Of a DNA stretch of 64,000 nucleotides, positions 12,832 through 32,005 are shown one piece after another (within the stretch, counting starts at the first letter, position 1; each line of letters opens with the position of its first letter). Under the pieces are notes generated by a model that was given only the letters and a program-made list of their open reading frames with translations, ran no database searches and was not told the origin of the DNA. The stretch is from Octopus vulgaris (taxonomy: Eukaryota). The translations under genes and the position numbers were made by a program. Location of the stretch: assembly GCA_951406725.2 (NCBI GenBank), contig OX597816.1:162378001-162442000 (forward strand), given 5' to 3'.

Positions 12832-13409
12832 AAATATCGTTGTTTATGTAATGATCTAATTATCGTAATTTTCTATATTATTAGATATTAAATTTAAGTT
12901 TATTCTTAAGATATTACTTAGCGATATTTTTGTTGTTTGAAAGCAAGTATACGAGTTGTCTAAAGTTAGGTTTATGTATATACATGTATTAATAGTAGTT
13001 TCAAATTTCTTATAATTAAAATTAGATAAACTTAAATAAACTTAGATATGTTTCGACCAAAGATTGGTCCAGGCCATGTCTAACTTAATAGCATAACTTA
13101 GTTATTGTCTTTTTAAATTGATATTCGCTAGTTTATTCCCATTGATAAATATATTTATAGTATTTATAGTATTTATTCGATACTATATAACTACGAATTA
13201 ATTATTTCTATAAGTATTTTAAATAAGATTTCCGAAAGTTCGTTTAAGTTTGTTTGTTTGTATTTTTGAAATTAGCTATTTCATCTTTAAATATGAAAAA
13301 TTAATTTATTAGGTCTTTATTATATGTGCATATATATTTATTTATAGAGATTATTTTAGATCTTAATTATAATATTTATATACCTTTATATATTTTCATT
13401 GATAATTTA

Positions 13410-15858
<2,449 letters not shown>

Positions 15859-16121
15859 GTTATATATAATAGTCATTTATATATAAAAAAATATTTATGT
15901 AATTAGATATAGACTATTACCGATATTAGATTATTGGTGGGTTTTCTTACCTTAAAAATTAAAATTAATATTTAACATTATCATCGATTTTGATATAATC
16001 ATAATTGTTAAGTTTTAAGTTTCTAGTTTGATAATAGAGTTTATTATAAGTAAAATTATTATATTATTTATATCTTAAAAATATTGTTTAAATATTTCTG
16101 ATTATTTTTAAAATATTTCAA

Positions 16122-16218
16122 TTAACCTGAAGATTGACTGTAACCATAACTCGAATTATTAATTGAATTTAAATTATTGTTATTCGAATTGGTACAGCCA
16201 TGAAACGATCGTATTATC
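16122..16218 (+). ncRNA. Degenerate hammerhead ribozyme motif (Penelope-type, long stem II)
   Basis: CTGAAGA (16127-16133), stem TGACTGTAACC/GGTACAGCCA, then GAAAC-GATC-GTA with palindromic stem III; stem I is poor. Confidence 0.5.
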
Positions 16219-16486
16219 ATTACATATGCTTGTATGTATAACAACAATATTAGTAATAATAATAATAAATCTAATCGAGAAAAAAAAAAAAAAAAAAAAG
16301 AATATACATATACATATATATATATATATATACATACACATACATATACATATATATATATACATATATACACACATATATACACATATACATATACATA
16401 TATATACACATATACATACACATAGATATTCATTTCTATTTCTTTAATTACCTGTGTATTTATTATGTTTGCAGGATCCACTATTG

Positions 16487-16693
16487 TCATATGTTGTGGT
16501 GTGCGCTATTGCTCCATTCTAGTTTTCTATTCAGGCTAGGTTTATTTTCTATTATATGTGTAGCTTCTGTAATTTGTCTAATTGTTGCATCTGTTCTATG
16601 TGTGGACAATATCTTAATCTCTATGTTATTGATTGATCCCCCGTGTTCTTGTTCGGCGTGTTGGTACAGAATCGATGAGCTTTTACCTTCCTC

Positions 16694-16695
<2 letters not shown>
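16487..16695 (-). pseudogene. Penelope-like element GIY-YIG endonuclease C-terminal fragment
   Basis: [11 protein letters not shown]...IKIL...RQITEATHI...PSLNR fits the H..H / R...EA..I / P.LN pattern of PLE endonuclease C-termini; cut by (TA)n. Confidence 0.65.
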
Positions 16696-16774
<79 letters not shown>

Positions 16775-16783
16775 TGCTTGTTG

Positions 16784-16821
<38 letters not shown>

Positions 16822-17003
16822 GTAAGTTTATATATATATATATATATATATATGTATTGTATGTATGTATTTAGTATGCGATTATTAGAGATATCAGCTT
16901 TTTAATTTAATTCTAAATTTTTCTATCAGCAGGAAAATTAGAGATTATATAAAGAAAATAATTATATATCTGAATCAACGGAAACATACATCAACATGCG
17001 GAA

Positions 17004-17138
<135 letters not shown>

Positions 17139-18177
17139 CACTATGGATATATATACTGTGTAGTATGTATAATTCCCTTTTGCAATTCTATTTTCTTCTG
17201 CTTGTTGTAATTGTTTTTTTTTTCTTTTTCTTTTCTCTCTAACTAATATAAGTTTGAGTATTATATACATTTATTTGTTTATTAGTAACTGCGTTAATTA
17301 GTCTTAATTACAAGTTTTATCACTAAATTTTATATATCTGCTTAAATAGTAACGTGGATTTATTTTCTGTCATGCATTTTTGTTTTCTTTTTTTTTCTTT
17401 TTTTGTATAAATATATAACACTTCCGATTTTCTTTTACGTTTCTTAGTAACGTTTTTTTTATATTTTCTTCCCTGGTTTTTACTCTTTCCCAGCCTCTAT
17501 CTTTTTCCCGAAGCACACTCTCACTCCCTCTGTCTTCGTTCATCTGTTTCTTTCCATCCCTCTCTTATTCTCTTCTTTAATCTATCTAACTCTCTCTTGT
17601 TCATTATCTACCTGTCTCTCTCTATCCATCATCTGTACTTGTTTTTCTGACTTCTATATCTTCTAGAACCAATAAATGGCATGCAATCTCTATCCCTTCT
17701 ACCATTTAATTATCATAAAGAAGTCGTACAACAGCCCTGCACTTGTTTGATCTCCCTTACTTTTATACCCACTCTGTCACCCTCTCATTCCCTCTCCTTC
17801 CTTTAGTCTTTCTAAATTTTCCGTCATTCCCCCTCTGCTATTTGTAATAAACATTCTCTTTTCCTACTCCCTCCTCCGTATTATTATCTGTCTTTCTTAG
17901 TCTGGCTCTTCCTTCCCTCACCATTCTTGTTCTCTCTCTTTCTCTTCCTCTCTTCCTATCTATTTAACTATTTGTCTTCTTTACATTCATACGCTTCCCC
18001 TCTGTTGGTTAAAATATATCATTCGAAATATATGAAACTTCAACAGAAATGGAAGTTTACAAAGTATGTTGATTAAGTTTTTTGCTTGTTTTTTGCTTCA
18101 ATATCAATGGTCGCTATCCAAGCCCCAGAGCAGCACCCCTTGCTCCCCACAGAAACATATCATTCACCTTATTTAAA

Positions 18178-18358
18178 GAGTAAAGGCCCCCTTCGGTCAT
18201 GAATGACCATGGGATTGCACCTAGAAAGTTACCCTCCTAGACACAAGTCCGGGCAAGGTTGTTTATAGAAGACCAGCAGTCGCCCATGCATACCAGCCTC
18301 CCCTCTCGACTCCACCAGTGTTATCCAAGGGAAAGACAAAGGTCGATACAGCTTGGCA
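18178..18358 (-). mobile_element. Probable 3' part of a SINE/LINE (RTE-like terminus)
   Basis: GC-richer block ending, on the minus strand, in the hairpin GGTCATTCATGACC. Single copy in this window; family assignment is from recollection only. Confidence 0.4.
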
Positions 18359-18735
18359 TAATAGCAACGTTATAATCTCGTGCTTTTCCGTCATTCTCCA
18401 AATGATGTTGAATGGTAGAACGTCTATGAATAATGACATAAAACCTTGCTTATCAGATGACACAACGACCACATATATCAGCTGTTTAATGTGTCGCGCT
18501 TTTGCCAACTTGCTCTCGACGAGGGAGACGGACTTCTTGTAATATCTTAGTGTGACTGTTTACTGGTTGCACCTTCCATCTAAAAATTTATAAACATCAT
18601 AATTATTACGTAAACCTGAGCTTCTTGAAACTTCTATCGAGTTGAGGAAATGTGTATTCGCTTCTTAGTGTTCTGTTTTTTTATTCTCTGCGTAAATATA
18701 TTCGTATCTCTCTGTCTCCTCTCCCCCTCTCTGAC

Positions 18736-18776
<41 letters not shown>

Positions 18777-18777
18777 G

Positions 18778-18857
<80 letters not shown>

Positions 18858-19579
18858 ATAATCTGGAAACTTGAGTGAGGAGGGAAGGCCACGAATGTAC
18901 TGGCTGAATATTCCGTCATTGAGAGGCAGTTTTTACAATAAAATGTCTTATATAGATTTTTGCTTATTCCGTGTCAGACTGTCTTCCCCGACAGATAGGC
19001 CTCTTGATCAGGACAGATTTGTGCAATTTTTGGCAAAAAACTTCGTTCAGGATTTTTTTTCCTTAATAAATTATTTACATGATTGTTCGAGCGTTTCACA
19101 TGACTTTATTCATTAAAATTTATTAAAACTTCAGGAGTTCTTACAAATTTGGTCGTCGTAATGCTTTGCTTTCGTTTGTTTAATAAAAATTCCGCCTCCT
19201 AGTGATTTTGCCTTCATTTTGTGATAGACAGCTATCATGCTGAAAATGACATACTCCAAATCCTGTTTTCTGGTTAGGTAAAAATGATTAAACTTTAAAT
19301 CTCAGCAACATTTTTCTGCAAATGTTTTGGAATAAATCAATAGCAAAATCTGATTTTATGTGGAAAATTATTTCAATATACCAAATTTGAAAATTTTGAC
19401 ATAATATTAAAATTTCACAATATATGACACTAACTGGGAAGGCCAACAGAAGTAGAGAGATAGACAGTTATAGGACGTGACACAGACAGAGACACACAGA
19501 CACACAGACAGACATATTTACAAACGTACACACAGGTAATCACAAATTTAAAATGGTATATAGTAGACATGTATATGTA

Positions 19580-20842
19580 CAGGGGCTGGACAAAATAATG
19601 GAAACACCGAGCATCATAGCATCATAATTCTGAAATATCTATAAAACCATTAAAAGCTTGTTTATTTTTTATATTTTTTGATTTATTATTAGTGTTGCCT
19701 AATATGTTTTGTTAAAATTGCTGTTTCTTTTCAGATATCATCAGAAAAAGCTAATTAAAATGTATTAAAATGACAGCTCTATCGGACTTTCAGAGAGGTC
19801 AAATTGTTGGTGCTCGTATGGCAGGCGCTAGCGTAATCAAAACAGCCGCAATGTACCAAGAAGAACTGTCTCGAAAGTAATGACAGCCTTTGAGATAGAG
19901 GGAAAAGCCTCCTCGTCGAAACAAAACTTCGGAAGAAAGCTAAAACTTTCGGATAGGGACCGTCAAACTCTTAGGCGAATTGTTAGAAAGGATCACAAAA
20001 GTACAGTCCCCAAAATTACTGCAGAGCTTAATGACCACATCGAGAACCCAGTTTCCACAAAAACTGTTCGTCGGGAGCTGGACAAAGCCTGATTTCACGG
20101 GAGGGCTGCAATCAGAAAACCATTACTTTCAAAAATAAACGTTGCAAAGCGTTTAGAGTGCAGTAAAAAGTTACAGAATTGGTCCCTAGAGCAGGGGAAG
20201 ACTGTTATTTTCTCGGACGAGTCATTCTTTACCTTTTTCCGACCACCGGCCGTGTAGGTGTTGAGCTAAAAGAAGCATTTGACCCAGACTGCCTTCTTTC
20301 AACTGTAAAACATGGAGGAGGATGTGTGATACTCTGGGGGGCTATATCTTGGAAATCCGCCGACCCATTGGTTTCCCTTTATGGCAGAATTAACAGTCAA
20401 GACTATTTAAGCATTTTATCAGATCAAATTCATCTTATGTTTGCGGAACTATTTCCGGAGCGAAACGCAATCTTTCAGGATGATAATGCACCAATTCATA
20501 CAGACAAAATTATTACTCAATGGCACGATGAACATTCTAGTGAAGTTAAACATCTTATCTGGCCACCATAGTCCCCAGATCTCAATATTATTGAGCATTT
20601 ATTTATTGTGCATTTTAGAAAAACAATTAAGGAGTATTTATCCTCAACCATCATCACTACAAGAACTGGTGACTGTTTTAGCTGAAGAATGGACAAAAAT
20701 TCCTTTGGAAACAATTTAAACTTTTTACGAGTTCATACCTCGTAGAATTCAAGCTGTAATTACTGCCAAAGGTGGTTCAATCCCATATTAAATAAATTTG
20801 TTTGAAATTTTAAGGTGCTTCCATTATTTTGTCCAACTCCTT
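19580..20842 (+). mobile_element. Full-length Tc1-like transposon (1263 bp), DD36E spacing
   Basis: 29-bp TIRs CAGGGGCTGGACAAAATAATGGAAACACC / GGTGCTTCCATTATTTTGTCCAACTCCTT, flanked by TA. Confidence 0.95.
19770..20791 (+). pseudogene. Tc1-like transposase pseudogene
   Basis: MTALSDFQRGQIVGARMAGAS HTH start, FSDES, KHGGG, QDDNAPIH, WPP*SPDLNIIE and AKGGSIPY*; has stops and frameshifts. Confidence 0.93.
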
Positions 20843-21295
20843 TATATATATGCAGGTATGTATGTGTGTGTGTCTGAGTTACTTTACGATGGACAACAGA
20901 AAAGTCACTTACCCGGTGTCTCCTTAAAACTACTTATTCCTCACACCCACCTTTTTCCCCTTCCTCGGCATTTTAAAAGGTAATTATATGTATGAGTGTG
21001 CGTGCGTATGTATGTATCTATGTATGTGTGTGTGCATCTATCTATGCATTTACGAAATTATGTATGCAGCGTGAAGGGTATATAACAACTGCATTAACGT
21101 AAAATCCCAATGCCACTCCATATTTGTCGCTTAGACAACGCTGTTCTCCCCTTACCTGATATTAGTTACCTGCACTTTGTCACCATATTTCCTTCATACT
21201 AACACTCCTTTCACTCTTCTCGTTCTATCATACAATTCGCCCAACCCTACTAGGGGACACATTATAGATATATATATAAATACATGTATATATAT

Positions 21296-21610
<315 letters not shown>

Positions 21611-22227
21611 ATATATACACACATATATTGTATACACATGTATAAATATATACGTGTGTGTGTGTTTATGTATATGTATGTATACACGAACATACAGAGG
21701 TATTTTTGCGCATGTCAGTTCAATTTCGTGTTCTTGTACGTGCGCAATAATTTAAAGGCTCTGATTCTGCAATGATCTGCTCTTAAGGGACTCTGTGCGC
21801 TGTAGAGTTGAGCCGAAGTGTTAGATATTCTATACTTAAAACCCCAAGTCACATGTGTAGTGCGCTATTATATAACTATACAACTATGTATGCGCGCGTG
21901 TATGTGTCTAACAGTAGATATAAATAAACAAATATATATGTAAATATATTTATGAACATATATATCTACATATGAATGTGTTTATACGTAGATATATGGG
22001 TGTGTACGATTGTGTATACTTATGAAGGCACTTTTATTTGTGTTCTAATTAAGCAAGCTTATTAAACGTACAATTCTATTCATTCAGTGATGGCTAAAGC
22101 AGAAAGAACTAAATATATAAAGTTGACAATGTATGGGAAATAATCTTAATGCATTTTTCATGGCTTTCATCGAAGACGAAGCAGAAACATAATTCAAATA
22201 GAAATGAAATTGTAAACGGTTACGTAT

Positions 22228-22292
<65 letters not shown>

Positions 22293-22571
22293 CTCACACA
22301 CACATACATATATATATATATAAAATAGATAGATAGGTACACATACATATTTATGAATGTTTACTTAAATGTGCGTATACACACACATATACGACACATA
22401 CACATACAGACACATACACATATATGTATACATATCTATATATATACATTTATGAATTTGTATATGTATACATATATATATAAATGCAGAAATATAAATA
22501 AAGACACACACACGCATGTATATAATATAGATAGGAACATACATATTTATGAATGTTTGATTAAATGTACG

Positions 22572-22637
<66 letters not shown>

Positions 22638-22885
22638 CATAACTATATATATACATGCAAATATGAATTTGTATATATATATATATATATACATATGAAT
22701 GCATACATATATATATATATATATGTATACATACATAAATTTAAATATATGAATATGTATGTATGCATGTATGCATATATACATACATATATGTATACAT
22801 ACATGATATATAAATACGTACATATATACATATATATATATAAATATATATATGTATGTATGAATGTATGTATATACATACATGC

Positions 22886-22947
<62 letters not shown>

Positions 22948-23186
22948 CACATATATATATATATATACACAAAGATATATACACAAATATATATACACAA
23001 ATATATAGGCAATGATGTGTGCTTTGCAGAGTGTGTAAATTTACAAATATGTTTAAATTTGGAGGAGTATAAACGTTGTTACATATGAATAAACACTCTA
23101 ACACACACACATGGGTATATGCAGACACACACATGTATAGATAAACATACATAAAAGTATGTCTATAACCGCATAGATACATATAC

Positions 23187-23223
<37 letters not shown>

Positions 23224-23479
23224 TATATATATATATATATGCATGTATATATATATATGTATATATATATGTAAGTTTACACGTAATACAAAACATTATA
23301 TGTGTGTGTATATATATAAGTACGTACACAGACGCATACACACAAACATGCGCACACACTCACACACACACATACACACACACACATATATAGAAATACG
23401 TTTGGGAAAGTATACGAATGTGTCAGTGTGAGAGTATAAGTGTGTGACTGAGCGTGCGTGCGTGCGTGCGAGTGTGTGT

Positions 23480-23830
23480 ACGTCATATATGAGCGGCGAT
23501 GGGGGGAAAATGTTTCGTTCGTTGAGAATGTCTGATTAAGTCTATTCACCATTCCGCTATTCCATTTGAAAGCGATCCTCCAAAGTAGTCCGTCCGCGCA
23601 GCAGGAGAGGTAATGCAGAATTTTTGGCATACACAAGTAACAGTAACGAGCGAATATGATGGCGGCTTTGTGTAAACCGGAAGTGCTGCATCGTACTACC
23701 CACCTGAGCTTGGCATAGTTTACATAGTACTAGATTCACTTCACGGAGATGATGAAGCTCTCGATGTAAAGAAGCACTAAAGGAAACGTTTGCAATGAAA
23801 TGTAGACACGTTAGACTCAGATCTATGGGC
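23480..23830. promoter_or_regulatory. Unique-sequence island with adjacent YY1-like and ETS motifs
   Basis: GATGGCGGC (~23658) and ACCGGAAGTG (~23676) in CpG-containing non-repeat DNA; motif evidence only. Confidence 0.3.
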
Positions 23831-23860
23831 GTATTTTAAATATTATTGTTACTAGTGCCC

Positions 23861-23913
<53 letters not shown>

Positions 23914-24063
23914 TGCCTTCATTTTCTGAGTTCAAATTCGACTGAGGTCGACTTTGCCTTTCATCCTCTCGGGGTCGATTAAATAAATATTAGTGTACTG
24001 GGGTCGATGTAATCAGCTTAATCCCTTCCCCAAAATTCGGGTCCTGCGCCTATAGCAGAAAGG

Positions 24064-24120
<57 letters not shown>

Positions 24121-24278
24121 GTGCCTTCACTTTCTGAGTTCAAATTCGACTGAGGTCGACTTTGCCTTTCATCCTCTCGGGGTCGATTAAATAAGTATTA
24201 GTAGAGTACTGGGGTCGATGTAATCAGCTTAATCCCTTCCCCAAAATTCGAGTCCTACACTTATAGCAGAAAGGATTA
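23914..24278 (+). mobile_element. Two tandem 5'-truncated SINE A copies separated by (TTA)n
   Basis: Near-identical ~150-bp blocks about 208 bp apart, each ending GGATTATTATT. Confidence 0.85.
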
Positions 24279-24317
24279 TTACTATTATTATCATCATCTT
24301 CATCATTATTATTATTA

Positions 24318-24385
<68 letters not shown>

Positions 24386-24930
24386 GAGTGAGAGAGCAGT
24401 GCATGCCATCAAAGTGACACAGGGGTAAAATATACAACGCCCAGTATACCCATCATGACTACCCGTCTGATAAGGGTACACTAGGTACATGCGTCACGAC
24501 CATCTGTGCGCGACATGGTGATCTCATATCAAGATAAACAGCACATGACCTTGCAGGTGCGGCCCAGTTAGAATTTTCTTCTAGTCGAGTAACCCATCCT
24601 GCTCAAATGGTCCCTGAATAAGGGTTATTTAAGGATGTTGAACAAAACAGCCATTATTCCAAGGTGAATCATTCAAACCCCAAAGAATCCCTCTCAACAC
24701 ATGGCTATGATGCTCTCCCACTACCTCTACTCGTGATCAGGGATGCACATATCGTCAGCCACTAAGAGACATGCTCAACTGGTTAAGGTCAAACAACTGA
24801 CAAGCAAATCTGTGGTATTGAGCAGAATATTTGCTGTAGCCCATCTTTTATACCAAGACAAAACAATGTACATAACACTTCCAATCAGTTAAGATCAGAA
24901 GCCATGAGAACCACTGCCTCGTACTGTATC
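24386..24930. mobile_element. ~545-bp element inserted in a (TTA)n tract
   Basis: Sharp boundaries with same-orientation (TTA)n on both sides; no convincing ORF. Confidence 0.5.
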
Positions 24931-24932
24931 TA

Positions 24933-24999
<67 letters not shown>

Positions 25000-25007
25000 C
25001 ATTATTA

Positions 25008-25131
<124 letters not shown>

Positions 25132-25984
25132 CATCGTCGTCGTCGTTCTTGTCGGTCATCATCATCATCGTCATCAATAACAGCAGCATTTTTAGTTATC
25201 AAAATAAAATCTGATAAAATACGAACTTGCAAACTGGAATATCGAATGTTTGGATTGGATTAGTTTATTCTGGCACCTAATGAAATGTAGCGTAATTTTT
25301 ATGTGTGTTCTCACTGAATATAATTTCAACGAAAATTAAATATGAAACAAATATTAGGCTTAACAGAGACAGCTACCCCCAATCGCTTGAAATAGGTGAA
25401 GCATGCCCTCCGAATTTTGAATTAATAAAAATGCAAGGTTACATTAACACCAGGTATTGAGTACTTTATTTGAAAATAGATTTTTCTCCTTTGAACTTTG
25501 TAACGAACGGGATATGCGTATGTATGTACGTGCCTGCTTAAATCTTGTGTGTGAACGTGTGTGTATGCGTGTGTGTGTGTGTGTGTATCTATATAAATAC
25601 AGGAACTATGAAAGGTGAATATATTTGTCTTACCACTTGTTATCCTAAGGATTACTGCCGCTTCGCAGCCTTCCTCATGTGATAATAAGTAATAATAAAT
25701 ACTTAATAAAGTATTTAGATATATAAATGTGCTTATACCTATGTGTATATGTACGTATGTTTGCGTGTGTATTTATGTTTGTCCGTGGCATATATATTAT
25801 ACAAAAAATACCCCGTAAACACGAAGTTTCTACCTTTAAAAACAAGGAGTTACAACCTCTTTACTTGTGTGATTTTTTGCTACCCTGGTAAATATCTATA
25901 TATTTTTTCCGTGTTAATTGTTAATAAGGCAAAAATACACTCATCTATATCTATATATATATATATATATATACATACTCTATT

Positions 25985-26347
25985 ACTCTATTTACTCTAT
26001 TACTTGTTTCAGTCATTTGACTGCGGCCATGCTGGAGCACCGCCTTTGGTCGATCAAATTGACCCCGGGACTTATTCTTTGTAAGCCCAGTACTTATTCT
26101 ATCGGTCTCTTTTGCCGAATCGCTAAGTGACGGGGATGTAAACACTCCAGCACCGGTTGTCAAGCAATGCTAGAGGGACAAACACAGACACACAAACATA
26201 CATATATATATATATATACATATATACGACGGGCTTCTTTCATTTTCCGTCTACCAAATCCACTCACAAGGCTTTGGTCGGCCCGAGGCTATAGTAGGAG
26301 ACACTTGCCCAAGATGCCACGCAGTGGGACTGAACCTGGAATCATGT

Positions 26348-26350
<3 letters not shown>
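25985..26350 (-). mobile_element. SINE family B
   Basis: Tail TTTCAGTCATTTGACTGCGGCCATGCTGGAGCACCGCC, internal microsatellite and head GGGACTGAACC on the plus strand. Confidence 0.9.
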
Positions 26351-26417
<67 letters not shown>

Positions 26418-27835
26418 CATTAATGGGTGTAAAAATATACAGTTGTTTGGGTGGTGGTGTGTATTTTTTAGCATGTTAATACTTTTATGCATGTGCGTCT
26501 AAGTACGTAAAGCAATTGTCTTGTTTTCACTTCAGTTTACTGCGACAAAATGTGTTTTGATGTCTTATCACGTTTTAACCTTATCTGAAAGTAACTGTTG
26601 CTCAATACTATCTCTTAATTTAATCTTTATATCTCCAACTGTCTGTTCTCTATGGGATTCATTTATATTACCTTTTTTATTCTTTTATATGTATTTTTTA
26701 AACATTTCCTAATTTATTATTTTAATCTAACTACTTTACTTCCTCTCCGATCTTTTCCTTATCTTTTGTTGATATTCAGGATGGTCAACTCCTTAAACTT
26801 GATCATCATCATCATCATCATCATCGTCGTCGTCGTCGCCGCCGTCATCATCATCATAGGCATCATCAGTATCAGCATCACAATCATCATCATCATCATC
26901 ACCACCACCACCACCACCACCACTACCATCATCAATTCCCTAAACGATAGATACGATGCAAAATATATTTTTCATTTATATTTACTTTTAATGACCATCC
27001 CAAGTTAATTTTATCGGCCTTCCATATATTGCATTTAACCAGGGAATATTTTGTAATTATACTTAGAGTTAAAGAAAGCATTGGTGTAACCCTGATATTC
27101 TGGTGATCTGAGTGCACACATATAAAATAATTTGTCATAACCGAAATTATTATTACATGGTAATGCTGCAAAAAGGCTGTAATCTTAAAGATAACAAATC
27201 GTTAAATAAATATATTCTCTTCTAATATTTGCTAACTTTTTATATACTCCTCGTGAAATTATTTTTGAAAAATGTTAAACCGTTGTATTATACTTTGGCA
27301 ATTTTTATCTGAAGCAGCTGGAGATACGATAGTTTGACTAAAAGAACAGGCTATTGAAAATAAAAATAAATATTGAAAAAAAGAAACGCATTTGGCCAAA
27401 TTTCGACAAGTTATCATAATAGCAACGATATATAATCACGGAGGGCGAATTTAGTTGTTTCTCCGTAGATTGAGAAAAACCTTAACCGATTTTCGAATCG
27501 CATTCTCATTTGAGTCGTCTACATCAGTTTGACAATCACACAGAAGCAATTAGCCAACCTGTTTATATACGCAATAATTCTAGTAGCTACAGAAAACAGG
27601 AGCTACTAATTTGCATAAGTGTTAACACAGAAGAGACGTCCATGTGATCTTAATGAGGAACCGTTGACTCGACTAGTTGCACAAATTTCTTTCTTTCCTG
27701 TCGAGGTATGACATAATATATGTATATCATGATATAATTGGCGCATATATCACGATATATCACGATCTATCATGATCACTCGACTTGCTAGATATAGAAG
27801 TCAACTCTACCTTAAAAATGCAGTAAGTACCCATA

Positions 27836-28430
27836 TTTATTTCTTTATTGCCCACAGGGGACTAAACATAGAGGGGACAAACGAGGGCGGACAAAGGGAT
27901 TAAGTCGATTACATCGACCTCAGTGTGTAACTGGTTCTTATTTAATCGAACCCGAAAGGATGAAAGGCAAAGTCGACGTCGGCGGAATTTGAACTCAGAA
28001 CGAAATACCGGTAGACGAAATACCTATTTCTTTACTACCCACAAGGGGCTGAACAGAGAGAGGACAAACAAATGGATTAAGTCTATTATATCTACCCCAG
28101 TGCGTAACTGGTACTTATTTAATCGACCCCGAAAGGATGAAAGGCAAAGTCGACCTCGGCGGGATTTGAACTCACAACGTAACGCAGACGAAATACCTAT
28201 TTCTTTATTACCCACAAGGGGCTAAACATAGAGGGGACAAACAAGGACAGACATAGGTATTAAGTCGATTACATCGACCCCAGTGCGGAACTGGTACTTA
28301 ATTTATCGACCCCGAAAGGATGAAAGACAAAGTCAACCTCGGCGGAATTCGAACTCACAACGTAACGACAGACGAAATACGGCTACGTATTTCGCCCGGC
28401 GTGCTAACGTTTCTGCCAGCTCGCCGCCTT
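27836..28430 (-). mobile_element. SINE family A tandem trimer
   Basis: Three units with junction GACGAAATACCTATTTCTTTA; single head at about 28380-28430. Confidence 0.9.
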
Positions 28431-29054
28431 ATATAAATTACTACTCGCTGATATTTCTCACCCCCTGCTCTTTGAGTTCAATCCTGTCGAGGGCAGCTTT
28501 ACTTTTTATCCTATGGCCGTTGATATAAGAATATAAAGCTGGACCCTGAATTTGTGTATTTTTTAGGTGCACCAGCAAGATGCCTCGAAATAATTGTTTT
28601 GTTTTACTGCTTTTTACGACGAAAATGGTACCAATATTTATCGGCTCGAGTCAGCGACATTCCCTTCGAATAAAACTTTCTGGACATGGGATAACTATTA
28701 ATTTTCCTGAATAAATTCTTGCCCGGCCCTGCAAATGCATGTACCTATAAATGTTCAGCCGTGACCAATGACGGCCCTATAGATGCCTTATGCCAAATAA
28801 TGACAGGGCCCTGTTTTACTTTTAAAGAACAACACGCGCGCACACACAGAGAGACAGACACACGCTCACACAGACACACACAGACACACACACAATGATA
28901 CATGTAAATAATTGGTATGCGATTTCCATCTTCTAATGCTTATTCAGAGGAGTAACAGCAAACCTCACCATGGCTATTTTTCGGGTTGACCGTTTCTGTA
29001 GAAAGAGATAAAAAGGAACCACAATAGATAGCTTTCTGCAGGATCTTTCATGCT

Positions 29055-29243
29055 TTACCTTTTACATGCTTCAGTCATTAGTCTGCGGCCATGCTGGAGC
29101 ACCGCCTTCACGAACATTTAATCGAACATATCGACATATCGATAGAACATATTCTATCGGTATCAATTGACGAACCACTATGTTACAGGGACGTAAACAA
29201 ATCAGCAACACCGGTTGTCAAACAGTGGCTGGGGAAAACACAG

Positions 29244-29306
<63 letters not shown>

Positions 29307-29460
29307 GTGGGGTTCTTTCTATTTCCGTCTACCAAATCCAATCACAAAGCTGTGGTCGGTCCGTGGCTATAGTTGAAAACCTTAATCAAGGTGCCATGAA
29401 CCCGGTACCTGGTAGTATGGGAACCAAATTTATAGCCACACAGCTAACCCCGTGCCTATT
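29055..29460 (-). mobile_element. SINE family B, degraded
   Basis: Same tail and internal (CA)n as other copies. Confidence 0.75.
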
Positions 29461-29974
29461 AAGTCATTCGTTTCTATTGTCTTAAGACTAAAGACCAACT
29501 GCCTACAACAGATCCGTCTCCGCTAGAGGTACACAAAGTCCAGGCTGTTATGTTAACCTGCGAATCGGATTAAGCCAGGAACATGTGGAACGGCTGTAGT
29601 GCTCAAACACACAAACTAAAAGCAGCAGGAGCACTGTTATATTGACGAAGCTTTGATTATGTTTTGTGGATCTGAATTCACGATGTCATGGATACGGCTT
29701 CATGATTGACAGGATAGGGTCTCGCAAGATGTTTGACCCAGTATCAAAACGACGACCTCAATGTTGTACCAATGGCTTCTGGCAAACAGTCACGTGCACA
29801 CACGTATGCGCGCGCGCACACACACGCAAGCACGCGCGCACAAACAAACAAGCACACGCACACACAATATACATACGCGTTTTCTGTTTCAATATAATAG
29901 TTTTTTTTTTCGTTTTTCATCTCATTTATTAAATTTCGTCATTCCTCTTTCTTCATCGTTTTTCGTTGTATTAT

Positions 29975-31090
<1,116 letters not shown>

Positions 31091-31565
31091 TGTTAATCAA
31101 CTTCCCAGTCATTGTTTACCTTTATGTTTCTCGTCATTTTATTTTTTCTTCCTTTGTCTTTTTCTTTATATATACTTCCTTTCATTCCTTCCTTCTTTCT
31201 CTCTCCACCTCTATTTCATTTTCTCTTCCTCTCTCTCTCTATCTCTCTTCCTATCTCCCTCTCCTTCTTTTATTCAGCTTTCATAAACCGTTTCTTCATT
31301 TATAACGTTTCTTATCTCTCCATTTACCATATTCTCTCTCTCCCTCTTTCTCTTTAGTATACTTTTTATCCATTTCCTTCTCTCTCTCTCTCTCTCTCTC
31401 TGTCTTTTGATAATCACGAATTTTTTCCGTGTCGTCACTTAAAATAAGCAAAAATACAAAATTCATTCCTCACAACCGCCACAGGCAAAATAACTCTAAT
31501 AACCAATAAAACATTATTGCATTTTTATATGATTTTCTTACGATAACATTCTGAAAGAGAGAGAT

Positions 31566-31602
<37 letters not shown>

Positions 31603-31642
31603 GGAGGGAGGGAGAGAGTGGTGTCTATATGGATATATACAT

Positions 31643-31681
<39 letters not shown>

Positions 31682-31696
31682 GTGTGTATAAATGTA

Positions 31697-31785
<89 letters not shown>

Positions 31786-32005
31786 ATACAAATACGTATA
31801 TATATATATATAGATAGATAGATATGTTTCTTTATTAGACGTATATACATATGCATATATGTATGTATATGCACATGCTCATGTATACGTGTATATATGT
31901 ACATATATATATACTTATATACACATATATACATGCACACATATAAATATATATATATATATGTGCGTGTATATATTATATATATATACATATATATATG
32001 TACAA

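Noticed and set aside
23277-23739. Minus-strand ORFs over the 23.6-kb island
   Set aside because: No recognisable domain, one ORF runs into microsatellite, and no convincing paired splice sites.
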